Shown: piece after piece, positions 61,431 to 64,000 of the stretch | How positions within the stretch are numbered: the first letter of the stretch is position 1 | How the letters are laid out: every line of letters starts with the position of its first letter | NCBI RefSeq assembly: GCF_036321535.1 | Contig: NC_087447.1 | Span: forward strand, 40,984,001 to 41,048,000 | DNA: 64,000 bases | Source of the DNA: Camelus dromedarius | Taxonomy: Eukaryota | Reading direction: 5' to 3' | Made by a program: the position numbers and the translations under genes | Notes under the pieces: generated by a model | Told to the model about the DNA's origin: nothing | Seen by the model: only the letters and a program-made list of their open reading frames with translations | Database searches by the model: none

Positions 61431-63428
61431 CATTTTCCTAAATGTGTTCCACTGCACACTGCTTGAGGGAGATGTTAATCGGTGCTCTAAAACCAAAGCA
61501 TCCCAAGACCAAACAAACTTGGGAAGCACTGCAGACTGAACCCCATCTCAGGCTGCAGCGCCGATGGCAGGGCTCTTGGTGCTATGCTCAGGGCTTAGGA
61601 AACCAATGAATTGCACCTTGGGGGCCTGTCTACATCCCCAGGTCTTGTCTGACATCCCACAGATTAAGGGAAAACAATACCAGCTCCGCAGCAGAGAGAG
61701 CCACCGGGGGAGGGAAAGAGATGACACTGAAGAGCAGCCTCTGGCAGGGTGACTGAGAGCTGGAGTGCTCTCTGCAGGAACGCCACAGCAGGCTTGCCCG
61801 GCACGGCACGTGCCCAGGATTCTGCAGCAGGGCAGCAGGGGGATGGGAAGGACTGGTCTAGGACCACAGAACCCAGTGTCTGAGACATCCCAGCTGAGCC
61901 CACGGACCTGCATTCCTGGGGCAACCACTTATGTTGCAGCAGAGTTGAAAAGTTTGGCTTCCCATTAATTTGACAATTTCCCTAGAGGTAGAAAAATTAG
62001 AGGGAAATTAAATCACCAGCCAGCTCCTCAGCGGTCTCAGGTCTCCAATTTTCCCCTGACAGAGAAGGCACCGGAGGCATCAGAGACCCCATTCATACTT
62101 TGATGCATAAAATGCATGCTGATGAACAAATCAACTTATTAGTCCATAGCTCTGGGATTCCCAGGTGCTTTCTGAAATGTCCTACCTTGAGCAGGTAGGG
62201 AGTGGCGAGGAGGGTGAGGCAGCAGGGTTCTCACACATACTTTCTGGTGGGGATCAAGGAGAAACCCTGATCTGGCAGAACAGGGACACATCGGGAGGCT
62301 GGAAGGTGCAGGCTCCAATGCCCAGAAGACGTGTAAGCTCAGGTGTGGCAGAAGCAGGTGTTGGTACACAGTGGGTAGGTGCCCAGGAGCCCGGGCAGCA
62401 GAAGGCACTTCAGGACTATGGTTCTGAGTGATGGCTCAGCCACAGCACAGCCCCAACCTATGTCTAAGACTAAAGCAAGTAGCAGCCAACCCTGGGGGAG
62501 GGATGGGCAGGGAGAGTTGAGGATGAGGAACCGGAGTAGTTTTTTTTCTCAGCAACTCAGTCCTGAGAAAATCATCATGTCCACTTCATCCTGATAGATC
62601 GGAGTTGGAGAATCCAGGTCTGCCCTTCGATAGTTCTAGCTGTGGAATGGGAGGACCCCCCCCCCCCACACCAGGTTCTGGGAGCTCATGCACCTCAGAC
62701 AGAAGGAGGCCACAGAGCCAATACCCTTACCTCTTCCCTGTTTTTCTTGAATTTTCGAAAACCCCTCCTGAACACAGGATCTTTGGTTTAAAGGGTTCTG
62801 TGAGTCATCTTTTTAAGGAGTCAAGCAAAAAAGACTCATATTTGGAGCTGTTTTTTGCTGCAAAGAATCAAATGGTACTCTCACTGGCTCCAAAACAGAG
62901 ATGTGGCTCATTACAGTGACACAGAGAGAATTTACACTAAAGTTCAGGACAGGAAGCACCACCAGGAACAACTCGTCTCTCTAAGAACACATGGTCTTTC
63001 TAATTCTGCTTCCATTTGATTCTTCTCTTGACCAGCTGGCTTCCTCTGCTCACACATACTCTCCATGGTCCCCCACAGCAGCCGTCAACCCTGACTTTAG
63101 ATCACTTTTAGTCTAAAGAGCCCACCATCAGCTGGTCACAGTCCCTGGGCCAATTCACCCAAACTCTTTGAAGTTGATTGACCACTGGCAATTCAATGAG
63201 TCATTGGCTGGAAATGGCAAGTCAACGGGTAATTACTCAGTAGGTCATCAACCAGAAAATAGGTCAGCTATTCACCAACTACTGCCATGGAAGACAGAGT
63301 CAAACAACCCTTGTCCTCTTCCTTCCAGGAGACATGGGCAGGCCAGATACTGAAGCCTAAATAGTACAGAATTGTGTAGCTAATTCCCAGAAATGCAGAT
63401 TTATTGAAAAAATATATAGCAAAGCAAG

Positions 63429-63910
63429 TCTGGTAGCCTGAATAATGCCCTCCCCACCCCCACCCCTCGCCACAGAGACGTCTACATTCTAATCCCTGGA
63501 ACCCACAAATATGTTGCCTTATAAGGCAAAAAGGACTTCGCAGGCATGATTAAGTTAAGGATCTTGAGATAGGAAGACTGTGCTGGATTATCCGGGTGGG
63601 CCCAATGTAATCACAAGGGTCCTTTAAGAGGGAAGCAGGATGGTCCAAGACACCGTAGTAGATGTGACAACAGAAACCGGAAACTGGAGTGATTCAGGAA
63701 GAAGCCACAAGAGAAAAAATGCAGACTGCCTCTAGAAGCTAGAAGAGGCAGGGAAATGGATTCTCTATGAAGCCCCCAGAAGGAACATGGCCCCACCGAC
63801 ATTTTGATTTTAGACTTCTGACCTCCAGAACTGCAAGAGAACAAATCTGGGTTCTTTCAAGCAACTAAGTTTGTGATAATTTGTTACAGCAGCAGTAAGA
63901 AACCAATACA
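63429..63910 (+). mobile_element. MLT1D-like solo LTR, full length
   Basis: ctaatccctggaacc...attaagttaaggatcttgagat...ctggattatccgggtgggcccaatgtaatcacaagggtcctt...aatttgttacagcagcagtaagaaaccaataca. Confidence 0.92.
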
Positions 63911-64000
63911 GCTGGAAACCATGGGGAGTCATCATCTTAACTCGATATGCACTGTGGGGTCCAGGGCGTCTCATAAAGAACAAGAAATGCAGCTCAAGCC

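Overview
Eukaryotic (mammalian) genomic DNA, most likely from a camelid: three tRNA-Ala-derived SINEs resemble the camelid vic-1 family as I recall it, and the L1 3' ends are of cetartiodactyl type. I recognise no known protein-coding gene, RNA gene or CRISPR array. Most long ORFs in the track are L1 ORF2 remnants, SINE/LTR read-throughs, microsatellite translations or chance ORFs. The window is largely a mosaic of transposon fossils: MIR, L2, L1M, MLT1/MLT2, LTR16/LTR33-like LTRs, hAT MITEs, a MER41-like solo LTR with a 4-bp TSD, a 3.4 kb 5'-truncated L1 and one very young L1 with a perfect 16-bp TSD. The most interesting non-repeat signal is a candidate minus-strand spliced transcript at about 31.2-36.6 kb. 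It has an RFX X-box/MYB-motif promoter-like region, several good splice sites and a terminal 56-aa ORF ending in a PP1-docking-type KRVHF motif. This is a hypothesis from motifs only. Several homeodomain/POU motif-dense unique segments look like enhancers. Repeat family names come from recalled consensus sequences, not from a search, and boundaries without TSDs are approximate.
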